DNA of 64,000 nt from Mobula hypostoma. Its lineage: Eukaryota. The notes under the pieces are model-generated. The model was not told the DNA's origin. It did no database searches and saw only the letters and a list, made by a program, of their open reading frames with translations. The position numbers and the translations under genes were made by a program. Positions 12,124-23,402 of the stretch are shown piece after piece (position 1 is the first letter of the stretch; each line of letters starts with the position of its first letter). The stretch lies in NCBI RefSeq assembly GCF_963921235.1, contig NC_086097.1, forward strand, positions 68,696,001 to 68,760,000, given 5' to 3'.

Positions 12124-15100
12124 TATTTACTTTTTATTTTAATCTTACTTCGTTGAATTTGTTGTACTGAAACACCTAAGTGATTGTTTTTACTGTTTAT
12201 TGCAAAAGTTTGCACGATTTTTTACGATATTCATAACACTTCTATTAATTTAACCTTCCCTTTCCCACTACACAATACTTACTTCTTGCAACTCACAACC
12301 CTTCCAATGTGCTGCTCTTAATCCATCAACTACAGATACAAGAGACAGTTGAATTATTAAGAACAAAAATTACCAAAATGTTTTCCTTAAAGTGCACAAT
12401 TTCTGCATAGGACCTCTCTGATATAGCTGTACGAGTAAAGGGATCTTCTGCTGATATATACTAATTGGTACATGTTTATTTCAAATTAAGGAAAAATACT
12501 TTGTACATCAATTTAAACATCAAAGATAATAACCACATCTGATGTTTTCTGCTAAAGAATTAATAATCACAGGAAACAAATCTATATTTTAGTTTAGATT
12601 CAGGTTAAGTACCAGACTGGCAACACTTTCTCTAATACATTTAACTAGAATATTAAAAATGTAATAAAAATGACAAAAGGTTTAAATAAATGTGGCAATT
12701 CTCTTCCAAAGAATCTGATATTTATTTGTATGTTATTTTAAAACTTTTCTATTATTATATTGTATACTTCCATAGAACAAAACATAATGTAGCACTCTCA
12801 TTGTTCCTTATCTTCACATGGAACTTCATTGATCTTTCAATGAGTGCTGTGTTGTGTTATAAAGTTATAGTTACAAGTTTCCTGTTTTTGTGATGCAAAG
12901 TATAAACAAGGCCATAAAACGAATGTCCTGGGCCTTGAGTTCTTCTTGATTCTGTTACTGTAAATGTTTTCATGAAAAAAATGTCAAAAAGCAACAAGCA
13001 ATAATTAAACTACAAGAAGCATCCAGTGTTCAAAAATTAAAATATCATATTATACTGCAACTTTATGATTTAAAGCCTTAATACTGTTGAGTGGAACAAC
13101 AATCGTGGATAACAATTAAAGAGTAAACTTAGATAAGATTGTGAGAAAACTCATGCTTCAATTACTATGCATGTCCTGTCCAACTATGATGAAGTCAAGA
13201 ATTAAAAGTGAAAGCAAGCTCTTCAAAAATGTCAAATACATTACACAATTTAAACATTGAGGTAACACAGACCATAAATACATTTTATCACATTTTTTTC
13301 CCTGTGTGTAACAGGGCCAAATTGAAATACTGAACTACATGGCCAGTAACATTTCTGTGATACAGACCAGCCCATTTCATTTTGAATAATTACATCTTCT
13401 CAGCTCGATGAGCAGAATCATTTAAACCAGCTTTTAAAATGACAGCATCAGTGCAAAGAATATATTAAGAAGCATCAAATTAAATATATCCTCCTACAAC
13501 TTATATCAAATTTTAAACCAAGTATTATTTAGTTCCACTCTCAAATTGTGCAGAATAACAAATCACACTCTTTGATTTACCATCTCAGAATACCAAATGG
13601 ATACAGGTGATAAAGAAAGCACTTCAACCAAAGCTATGAAGTTTCTCCTCTAAATTAATTCCATCTTGAAGATTCCAGTCTCTGATAAATTTTCAGAATA
13701 GCATGAAAATATATTTCTGTGCTCTAGTCTGGAAGAATACCAAGGTTTTCTTGCTATAAATGCATTTACTATAATACTACCTCAGCAGAGGAAAAAAGGT
13801 ACATTTAGAATAGGCTCCTTAAAGCTTTGTTGGTCTCAATATTGCATTAAATATAAGACAATTAAGTGAAATTTAAATATCAAACGAGCACAAAATAAAT
13901 TTCTATTAACGTATCGATCACAATATGTTACCATTTTATTATCATAGATAAAATAATCTTTCTCAAGGACAAATCATCGTTTTTCATTCTATAGTGATTA
14001 TCCTGAGTTTCAACCACATGTAGACTACAAGTTAAGCTAATTCCACAGAGATGTTTGACTTTCAATTTATGACGTCATAGCTGTTTTGAGCTAACGTTAT
14101 CTAAAATTACGACTTTCAATCCAAGTCCACTCTAGTGATCTTATTTATCAATTTATTTCTATGATGCTTTTTATTTCTTAAACAAATCCTCCAATAACTA
14201 GACATTTCATACCTTGGCATGACTGAAGCTTGGTAGCAGAATGAAGGTCCTCTGAATAAAGCAGAAAAGATTAACAGAAAAACTTTAAGTTCTTCAGAAG
14301 ATCTACTGCTAGTACATTGTATGACAATATTTGTATAATTGAATGAATAATCCACATCTACAACCCTTCTCTTGAAGCCAATCATTCTTCAGTTTTATAT
14401 TTTATGTCTACTTCAGAATGAATTCAGTTAGTTAGTTATATCCATTTTAAATTAAAATTATATTAATTTGTCTTTCATTTAATTGTATTTAAGTTGGAAA
14501 ATATGTACTTCAACTGCATATTTTGTGGGAACTTTTCCTTAACCTCGTATACTAGAATATAAAGAAATAGGAAGATAATTTGGAAAAGTTTATACTATTT
14601 AAATACTTGGTTGTTCATCTCTATCTTTAGATTAATTTCATTTATCAATCTTGTTTTTGTTTTAAACGTGTCTGCTTGCCTGTCCGTTAATTTTGCAGTT
14701 CGCAACTAATTTTTGTTTGTTTATATAAATATAGATGAACCTTCGCCTCAGACTGTCCTATTAAAAATAGCAAGCTCTTGTCAAAAAAACCTTATTTCCA
14801 GTTTGGCCTAGTGAGCACCGAGCCGTAGAGCAATGGTGGCCTCTCTGTACAGTGTCATAGGCCCTGTCTCTGCAATATAAATGAGGAGAACTGAGAAAAT
14901 CAAAGAGTGCGCTTGCTTTCTTATACAAATTGAAGCGGAACAGGTAAAACTGTGAATAAGACAGTGGCTCTTTGCAAGGATGTGCCCTGCCGGTGACGGA
15001 AGAAAGGGGGGTGGTTACGAGCGGCTTTCACGGCCGGCCACTTACCCCGGCTTTTGGATAAAAGCGGGGGGAGGGGTGGAGAGGTCGTGGTGGCAGTCGG

Positions 15101-15187
15101 TAGCAGGCAGGTCAGAGCCAAACTCCTACCAAAGTAATATGGCATCCAAAAAAAACAGAATCACACCACAAAAACAACTGTCGTTAC

Positions 15188-15237
15188 CGTTCACGTCTTG
15201 AAGGGTCGTGCTGGAAGCCTTGCTTGGTGGGCGCCAT
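15188..15237 (-). CDS. NPAS3: NPAS3 (bHLH-PAS) proximal first coding exon, MAPTKQGFQHDPSRRE-R
   Basis: 50-nt coding exon ATGGCGCCCACCAAG...GAACG|GTAACG. Matches the recalled human N-terminus MAPTKPSFQQDPSRRER and lies downstream of AKAP6, as in mammals. Confidence 0.93.
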
Positions 15238-15760
15238 TTTTTCGTCAGCCGCTACTTTGCTTTTTTTGTTGTTTGATTTTTGTTTTGCTTTTTCTAGCTG
15301 CGGCCCGTTGGTGCAGTGAGAAAGACACGAATACTATTTGAGGAAAGCCATTTCAGAGTTACGGTTAAGTCCAGTCCAACTGTCTGGCTCCGGCACTACC
15401 AGCCATCAGAGAGAAGTGAGAAGCGCTGTGTACAGAGCACGAGTCGGGGCCAACCAGCATGCCAAGAAAAGTAAAAAGAGCCTTGGCTGCACCTCAAATA
15501 ATCCGAAAAAGATTGCATGGCATTAAAGCTGCAAGTGCGGGCTCACAATCAGCGATGGGCATCATCACACCACTGTACTTTCCCGTTGAACCTCGGTTCC
15601 CATTGCGAGAGAAAGTCTTACTGGCTCTCCCCTTGCCTTTTCCCTCCCCGTCTTTCGTTCGCTCCCTTTCCCAGGGACACATACTGTAACTAGCGCAACT
15701 ACGCCACTCACTTGCTGTTTCATTCACTTTATGGGGGAATAGCTAAGACCTGATACAATA
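15238..15760 (-). promoter_or_regulatory. NPAS3: 5'UTR/proximal promoter of the NPAS3 proximal first exon
   Basis: CpG-rich and repeat-free; a YY1-type AAAATGGCG overlaps the start codon. TSS not determinable from sequence. Confidence 0.55.
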
Positions 15761-17919
15761 CCACCGCATATTCAAGGGATTTCATCAACCAAATTTAAAA
15801 GCTCCGTTTTTACTGTATAATATTCAAGCGATAAGTGGCATTTAAAATATCTTGCGTTTTATTTAGAAAAGTCATGTGTTCTTTCATAATAAAAGTCATA
15901 TTCAGCCTAGAAATGTCACCCGAGCTTTTTGGCGTGCGTCTCTGCTATTATTGCTCGGTTCCAAAGGAATGTGTTATCATTATTAGTCTAGCTTGTCTTT
16001 CGTCTGTGATTTAAAAAAACAAATTGGAAGTACTAATAACTATTGTTGCTTCAAAAATATTGTTTTAAAGATGTTCTGCAACATGTTTGTTAACTTGCTT
16101 TGAGATCACCCTGACAACTACTATAAATCTATATGGGGAGTTTCATAACGCATTTCATGTAAATGTATTCAAGTATTAATATGAAGCGTTTTAGTTAGTG
16201 GCAAAGCCAGAAATATTCTTGCTATCGGCTAAAACGTATTCATGCAGATTGGGATTATTAGATGCATCCCATGGATCAATGTCGAACGGCTATTATTTTA
16301 AACTCTGATTTTCACAACGCTTAACAAGCGGCAGAAATCAGCTATCCATAACAAAACATAGAAGTAACTTCAATAATTGAACATCCGTAATGTTTGATTT
16401 CCAGTAATTTTTCCTTCAGCTACGACGCAAACTGTACGCAAGTGGGTGGGAATGTCGGTAGTGATGTAAAAGATTTGTCCAAGTTTTCTTAGATCCATTT
16501 TGATAAATATTGGCAAGTCGATTTATACTCAAATCCACCAAATTTTATTTTTGAAACATTAAAGTATATGTAATGTTTTAATATATGACAATTTTCTTCA
16601 TTTTGTGAGCAGTGGAAGTTCATTTTAAGTCCTCTGTGGTATATTGTGGCTTGCTTTCATTGAGTACGAATTTTAAGGATGGTAAGCTTGTATGTGAAAG
16701 TTAGAGATTTTACATGTTATTGACAAAATCACTGTTGCTAAACTTTTTTATTTACCTTGTAATCGAATGTGTTGTTTGCTAATAAGAAATTAATTAACAA
16801 TCGTAACCAAGTTTACATATTTTAACTTTCAGATACTAGTAATATAAAACAAAATGACAGTGTTGTGGACATAATTAAAATGTTTAAACCTATCTGCTAA
16901 TATTAAACCCTTAAAAGTTGTCCAGAGAAGTCTGGTGTTCTGCGAATTTTTATAAACAAAACTTTTTAAAACATGCTTTTAAGCCATGATTGTAGGAACC
17001 AGTATTGTGCATTTGATAGTCATATTATTGCAATATTTGTTTGCCCACTGGCTAACTTGTAATTCCAATACGGTCACTAATGGATTTTAACACATTGTAA
17101 TGAACACAAATCTGATGATGCATCGATAGTATTACATAGTTTATAGTAAAACTTCATTCCCCAAATGAAAAGAGATCAATTCCAGGATCTTCTGCGATCA
17201 ACTCCGCGACCAAAAATCACAGGGAAAAGATCTTATGCAGAAAAAAAACGGTTTTCTTTGACAATAACAAATTTCTGGACGTGAGGGATATTCCCAGTAT
17301 ATTGGATTTCAAGTTAAAAGATTTTTTTTTGGCTTTTGATCAGAGTTCCTTGGATTTAAAACCAGCTGCTATTAAATATCGGCGTTACGTTAAATGTGAC
17401 GGAGACCTACAAATCAGCTTGACCCAGATTTCTGGATTTACCAAATGGAGTGGAATTTATGATTTTGTTTTTGTTAGACCCTAACTTCCGCAATATTTGA
17501 TGTGGTATATCTGCCCCATGTTTGTTTTCCCTGCGGTCAGTTGATGAAATGGGGCATATTTACGTATTACTTCAATTCTCCCTCTCCCGTCAGCAGAAAT
17601 GTCCGTGCTTCCTCGGGCTGCCACTATCAACCGCCAGTTGCATAACCTGTTTCCACCACAGGTTGGAAGTAGTATGTTAGAATTAACTTTTATGCACTGT
17701 TTTTTTATATAGGAAACGTGACAATTTCATCACGGGTGATCGTGCAAATACATGATGTTTATTCCACCCACTCAGCTCGAAGGGGAACGGTAAATAGTTT
17801 TATATATATAAATAATAAAATGGGAAGATTGAAATGGACGTGTATTTTTAAAGCAGCCGAAGACTTACTGCATGCTTTGCAATGCTGACAATGTGAGAGG
17901 TTGTTTGAGAGACACTTAC

Positions 17920-18071
17920 CGTTGCTGGTAAGATGTTAGCCCCACGTCCTGGGGTGTCCCATTAGCAGCGGCAGCAGCTCTTCCCACTCCAGGTGCTGCA
18001 GTAACCGCACCGCCTCCTCCACTAGTTGCTGCCGTTACTTGTACACTGAAATCCGGGAAAATTCTGATCAT
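17920..18071 (-). CDS. NPAS3: NPAS3 distal alternative first coding exon, MIRIFPDFSVQVTAA...GRAAAAANGTPQDVGLTSYQQ-R
   Basis: Ends TACCAGCAACG|GTAAGT, the same phase 2 as the proximal exon. The peptide matches the recalled mammalian alternative N-terminus MGRAGAAANGTPQNVQGITSYQQR. Confidence 0.85.
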
Positions 18072-18239
18072 CCCCGTACTCGAATCGCCAACGACCAGCT
18101 CCACGGTTGCGGCTGACTTAACTGCGTTTTTTCCTCGAGCAGCAAATTGAACTTCAATCCCATTAGTGATAACTTCCACGCCGTGAGGGTGTGCTGCCCT
18201 TTTATCTTTTCGTTATTTATTTTCTATTTAACACTGCAG

Positions 18240-18625
18240 ATGTCTAGTCGGCGTGAGTCAGCATGCTGATTCCTCTGGGGGGCGGGGGGCAAAGCAAGGA
18301 GGGACAGCAGGACGCTAGGGTTTACGGCTATTAAACTTGCTGCAATTTGCCCGGAGAAAGTGAAGACCAACTTGCCCCTAAACTGGAGACTAGCAATTCG
18401 CTGCTGGTTCGCTGGCACCCAACAGCAATTCTGGCGCGCGGTGCTCCGCAGCCAATCGCACGACTCGCCGGCTTTCGCGCCCTCCTCCTCCCGGGCAAGG
18501 TAGATTGGAGCGCGAGTCGCTCGCGCGCGCGCCTGTGCGCACAGTTTCCGACCGTTAGTCGAGGGGAGAGAAAGAGATCTCAGTTTGGATAAGGTGGCAC
18601 GAGCTGTGCGGCGGGCGAAATTTGT
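18240..18625 (-). promoter_or_regulatory. NPAS3: CpG-island core promoter of the distal NPAS3 exon
   Basis: Densest CpG stretch in the window; CCAAT boxes near 18452 (+) and 18504 (-); GCGCGCGCGC run; GC box near 18280; GTGAGTCAGCA (ARE/MARE-like) at 18253-18263. Confidence 0.7.
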
Positions 18626-19429
18626 TGCAAATCCTTTAAGGAAAGGTCGCTTCTCTCAAGCCTAGCCTGTCACTTTGACGCTACCCGAGTTTTATTTTAC
18701 TCTCCAGTGCGAATTTTTTTATCAAACTATTTCAAAGCGTTTATGTGCACATCCCGATGGAGACAAAACAGAACTTGACCGATTTGCTGGAGATTAAGCT
18801 GTGCGCGTGCACTGAAGTAACATGCATCCTTGATGCCTTAACTTGCACCACCTGTGAGAGCCGATTCGGACAGTTGCTCGCACCAGTCTTTTTTAACCTA
18901 AATACTTGTTGGATGTCCCTGGAGGCCACAAAGTGGCTGCTAGGGATTTTGATTTAATTTTTCTCCGTTGATTAACATTGTCGGTGTAGATCGGTAACAA
19001 TTTTTACGTGTTCCTTATTAAAGTGCAAGCCAACGTGAACAGAACGGTATAGTAGTCCCATTGGGGTTTATAACCGCTATAGAAATATAGAAGGAATGCG
19101 ATTTAACTTTCCGTAGCTGGTTTATAGATTTGGAAATCAAACCATTAAAACAGAGCTACAGGAAAGGATGTCAGTGCCACGCGTCTCTGTGATCCCTGAA
19201 TGGTTTCGTTACACTCTTTACCCTGCCACATCCTGACTGGCCCACTTCTCATATCCATCACCCATTCAATACATCTTTCTTACCTCATCTGGTTCCTCAT
19301 CACGTAAACCAACCGCGTCCCTTTAAGTCCAACCATTCTGACCGGTAACTATTACATAAAATTATGAGAGATCAGAATCAGTGTTATCATTGTCTTGCAT
19401 GGCGTGAAATTTGTTATTTTAGTACTTAT

Positions 19430-19712
19430 GTCAGAGTTTTCTTCCCAGAATAAAAATGTCAAATACTTGAGGACATGGCTTTAAGGTGGAGTGAGGGCGG
19501 TTAAAAGGAGATTTACGAGACACGTTTATTACACAGAGTGGTAGGTCCTGGAACGCGCTGTCAAAGGAGGTGGTAGATGCAGAAACGATAGTGCTGATTA
19601 ATAAGCATTTAGACAGGCAGTATGGAAGGGAGTTGTGATCGCTGTCCAGGCACATGGATTAATTTCGACTCGGATGATGATATCGGAAGCTATTCCTTTA
19701 CCGCACTGTTGC
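19430..19712 (+). mobile_element. Old CR1 3'-end fragment
   Basis: TRGH-like GAGGACATGGCTTTAAGG and TTACACAGAGTGGTAGG..TGGAACGCGCTG match the CR1 3' end at 2860-2960. Confidence 0.7.
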
Positions 19713-21459
19713 AAAAGTTTGGTGGCTATCACCGTACCAACCACTAACTTATCTGTTCTGACAGTGGCTCCTTTCTCTCCTTGTGGGCAACTGCAAGGTT
19801 GATGACCGCGATAAACAGATATGTTTTGCGCATCAAAACAATAATTCAGATGGCGGTATGCTTTGTTCCCCGAGGGAAATGAAACACACTTTCAGTAAAA
19901 GTACTCAAATCTCTGAAACTCTAAACGGCTTTCAGTCTTTAACTAAGCATTTACTAGGCTTTAGTTTAACACTCCGTTAATTTTGAGAGAAAAACGTGCT
20001 TCTATTTTTCAACACATTGTGTTTATGTGTAACGTAATAATGATTAGTCGGTATCGGTTATTTATCGAGTCTTCTTTAGGACTTGCATTAAAACAGTCGA
20101 AAAGATGCAAATATGCCAATCCGTGCAAAAAAAAGAGATGGGTAATCTGTGCCACTAGAAACAAGATATTTTGATTATTCCATAATGTTAGTACAAGAAA
20201 ATGAAATTATACGTCCGTAAATATAATTGTTGATCTTTTGTCATCCGTTTAATCCATATGAATGTTATGTGTCTGAAAATATATTAGCACACTGGCAGAC
20301 CGAAGGCAGACGAACGTTCAATAGGTTGGAGACCCCAGGCGAATAGGAAATAACGGTGTGTTTGCAGCATTAAAATTAATGACATTTTGGTTTGAGCTCC
20401 CGCAAGAATTGAAAGTAACGAAACACCCTGAATGATCGGTTACGGACGATGCACATGAAAGCATGCACCCTATAAACTTTTATTTCATTAATTTCTGTAT
20501 TTTAAATCATTGTAAATTATCTTGGCGTTTTGACTAGATCTCCCAAAGCTTTGAATTTGTCTGGATTCGCAATAAAAGATGGGCTGACGATACGTATAGC
20601 GAGCGCAACACTGCAGGCTGCGAAAGTGCAAGAGCTTCGTCAAATCAGAATTTAAAATCTTAATTCAATTATTATCAGTGATTTGTAGCAGGAATTTTGT
20701 TCCATTAAGTAATGCAAGTATTTTGTTCTTTATTGAGGGAAGATTTAGCTAATATAGAATGGCACTCACTAATATAAGTAGAAAATGGAGTGTGGACATT
20801 CGATCTGGAAGTTTGTAAGCCTCCGTTTTTTTTTACCATCTGCTACAGAAGTTCCCAAGAGCAGATTTTGCTGCCCTTGCAGTATGAGAAGAGAAAATTA
20901 AGGATCTTTAGCTCCATGGCAGCCTATATAGGGGATCAATCAGGCAAATTTGCTTCATCCGTCAGTTCATTTATTGATTTTCTCCAAACTTCTGCATATG
21001 TTGATACCGTTTATTTATATATAATTGACTTTATATAGGACGAATCCGTCCTCATTTTTGACTGTCAACGGAAGAGCTACTTGCAATCAGCATCTGTGTA
21101 ATTCCTCTCATTAGTGTCGTGTTTACGTATTTACTGCTTTGTAGTAACTCGCAGATCGTAATCAGGTCGTCCCGTTTTGATGCAACATGATGATACTTAT
21201 TATGTGCACAGGATCCAAAATGGCACACCCTAAAACCAATTAATGGTGACTACTTCCCATTTGACCTTGAGGAGAAGTGAGGATATCAATGTTGCAAGGC
21301 TATAATTTTGTTGCGGTATTGCATTCGGTACACAAACTGGCGAAGAACATCACCTACAGATAAAAAGAAACTGCAATCATAAATTGAAATAAGAAAATAT
21401 AATTTCCTATTATGTAGCATCTGGAGTTGAGAGTCTGTGGCCTTATTAATGTATGAAGC

Positions 21460-21590
21460 CACAAAAAACTACAGATTCTGGAATCTGGAGGAACAATCAA
21501 CCCGATGCAAGAACTCAATAGGTTGAGTAGTATCTGTGGGAGGAAAGGTATTGTGGGTGTTTTAGATTGAAGCCCATCATTAGAGGAGAA
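21460..21590 (-). mobile_element. Decayed Penelope terminal-repeat unit
   Basis: CTACAGATTCTGGAATCTGGAG...GAACTCAATAGGTTGAGTAGTATCTGTGG is similar to the copies at 57375 and 62860. Confidence 0.55.
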
Positions 21591-21699
21591 AAACTTTAAA
21601 AACGGCCTACTTCGAAGATAGTTCACAATGGAGTAGTACAATAAAAGGTCTAAAGAAGGTTTAGGTGGAAAACGCCCACACTCCTTTCCTCCCATAGAT

Positions 21700-22172
21700 T
21701 TTACGATCTTCTAAATGTTTCTGCGTCCTTGACGCTCAGGATGCAGGTATGGCACCTGGAAGTAGATGATGATTGGCCGTGGCCGGGGCGGACTTCCAGC
21801 AAGATTAAAGCGTCGAGGTCCAAAGCCGAAAATGAGCCTGTGTTCAGTGCCAGCCAAGAAACCCCACCTGAGTCCGTCCCGTTTGACCCGACTCCCATTC
21901 TTCCCGCTATTACAATCGGGCGGGAGGTGCGGGAAGTCTTGGATCACACGCTGCCAAATCGGGAGCAGTTGTGGCTCAGAAGCCATCGGGCTCTAAACCA
22001 GCTTCACTCGCCTCTGCGCTGAACTCGTGTTCTCAGTTACTTGTTTACTTTTAACAGTTGCACGATTTGCCCTATTTGGCACATTAGATATTTGTCGTTC
22101 TTTGTTATGTATGCTGTTTCATAAATCCCGTTTTATTTTTTTTCTCAACCTGCAAGGTAATGAATCTCAAGA
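21700..22172 (+). mobile_element. GC-rich non-autonomous retroelement with a Rex-like tail
   Basis: The 3' part TTGCACGATTTG...GCACATTAG...CCTGCAAGGTAATGAATCTCAAG matches the Rex-like 3'UTR. The 5' part has no recognisable protein homology. Confidence 0.5.
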
Positions 22173-22174
22173 CC

Positions 22175-23402
22175 ATAACACATAGGCGAAGCATTAGGCT
22201 ATTCGGCCCACTAAGTCTTCGTAATTCCATGATGGCTGATCTATTATCCATCAACCCCATTCGCCTGCCTTTGCCCCATAACCTGACTGATTCAGAACCT
22301 ATCAACTTCAGCTGTAAATATACCCAATGACTTTGCCGCCACAGCTGTGGCAATGAATTCCACAGGTTTACAGCCATCTGACTAAAGAAATTCCTCCTAT
22401 AGTCTAAATGGAATCCCTCTGTTCTGTGGTTGTGCCCTCTGGTCCTGGACTCCGCCATACTAGGAAATATCTTCTCCATATTCACTCTATTGAGGTCTTT
22501 CAATTTTCGATAGGTTTCCATGAGATTCTTTCTTCCCCCACACACACCCCCCAAATTCCAGAGCCATCAAACGCCACTCACACATTAGCCCTTTCTGTGA
22601 CCTATCCCGTGAATCTCCTCTGGATCCTCTCCAATGCCAGCACATCTTTTCATAGATAAAGGGCCAAAAACTGCTCACAATTCTCCATGTGTGGTCTGAC
22701 CAATGCCTTAAAAAGCCTCAGCTTTACATAGTTGCTTGTGTATTCTACTCCTCTCAAAATGAATGCCCACATTGCATTTACAATCGACTTAGCCAGCAAG
22801 TTAACCTTTAGGGAATCCTGTACGAGGACTCCCAAGTCCCTTTGCACGTCTGACTTTTGAACTTTATCCCCATTTAGAAAATAGTCTATGCCTTGATTCC
22901 TTCAACCAAAGTGCATGACAACACACTTCCCTACAGTAATCCATCTGTCCATTCTCCTAACCTGTCTAAGCCCCTTTGCAGGCTTTCTGCTTCCCTTACA
23001 TTACCTGCCCCTCCACATATTTTTTGCATTAGTAACAAACTTAGCCACAAAGCTATGAATTCCATCATCTAAATTATTGACATATAATGTGAAAAGAAGT
23101 CCTCCAAACACCAACCCCGTGGCAGTCAACCAGAAAAGGTCTCCTTTATGCTCACTCTTTGCCTCCTGCCAGTCAGCCAATCTTCTATCTGTGCTAGCAG
23201 CTTTCCTGTAATACCATGGACTCTAATCTAATTAAACACCTTGTCAAAGGCCTCCGGAAATTCAGGTAAACACCATCCACTCTCTCTTGTCAATCCTGCC
23301 TGTAATTTCATCAAAGAATTCAAAGAAATATGTCAAGCAAGATTTCCCCTTAAGGAAACCATGCAGACTTTGGCCTATACTATCATATGCCTCCAAGTAC
23401 CC
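22175..23402 (-). mobile_element. CR1 LINE 3' portion
   Basis: Minus-strand ORFs MQRDLGVLVQDSLKV..KALVRPHME and ESRTRGH; same subfamily as 1-510. Confidence 0.88.

Noticed and set aside
1-15187. NPAS3 exon 2 or bHLH exon
   Set aside because: No ITAQHPLP- or LQALRKEKSRDAAR-like sequence noticed; probably beyond the window.
15494-15727. uORF upstream of the proximal NPAS3 exon
   Set aside because: TSS unknown, so it cannot be shown to lie in the transcript.
21701-22022. Four overlapping ORFs on both strands as a small gene
   Set aside because: GC-rich repeat-derived sequence with few stops; no recognisable domain or splice structure.
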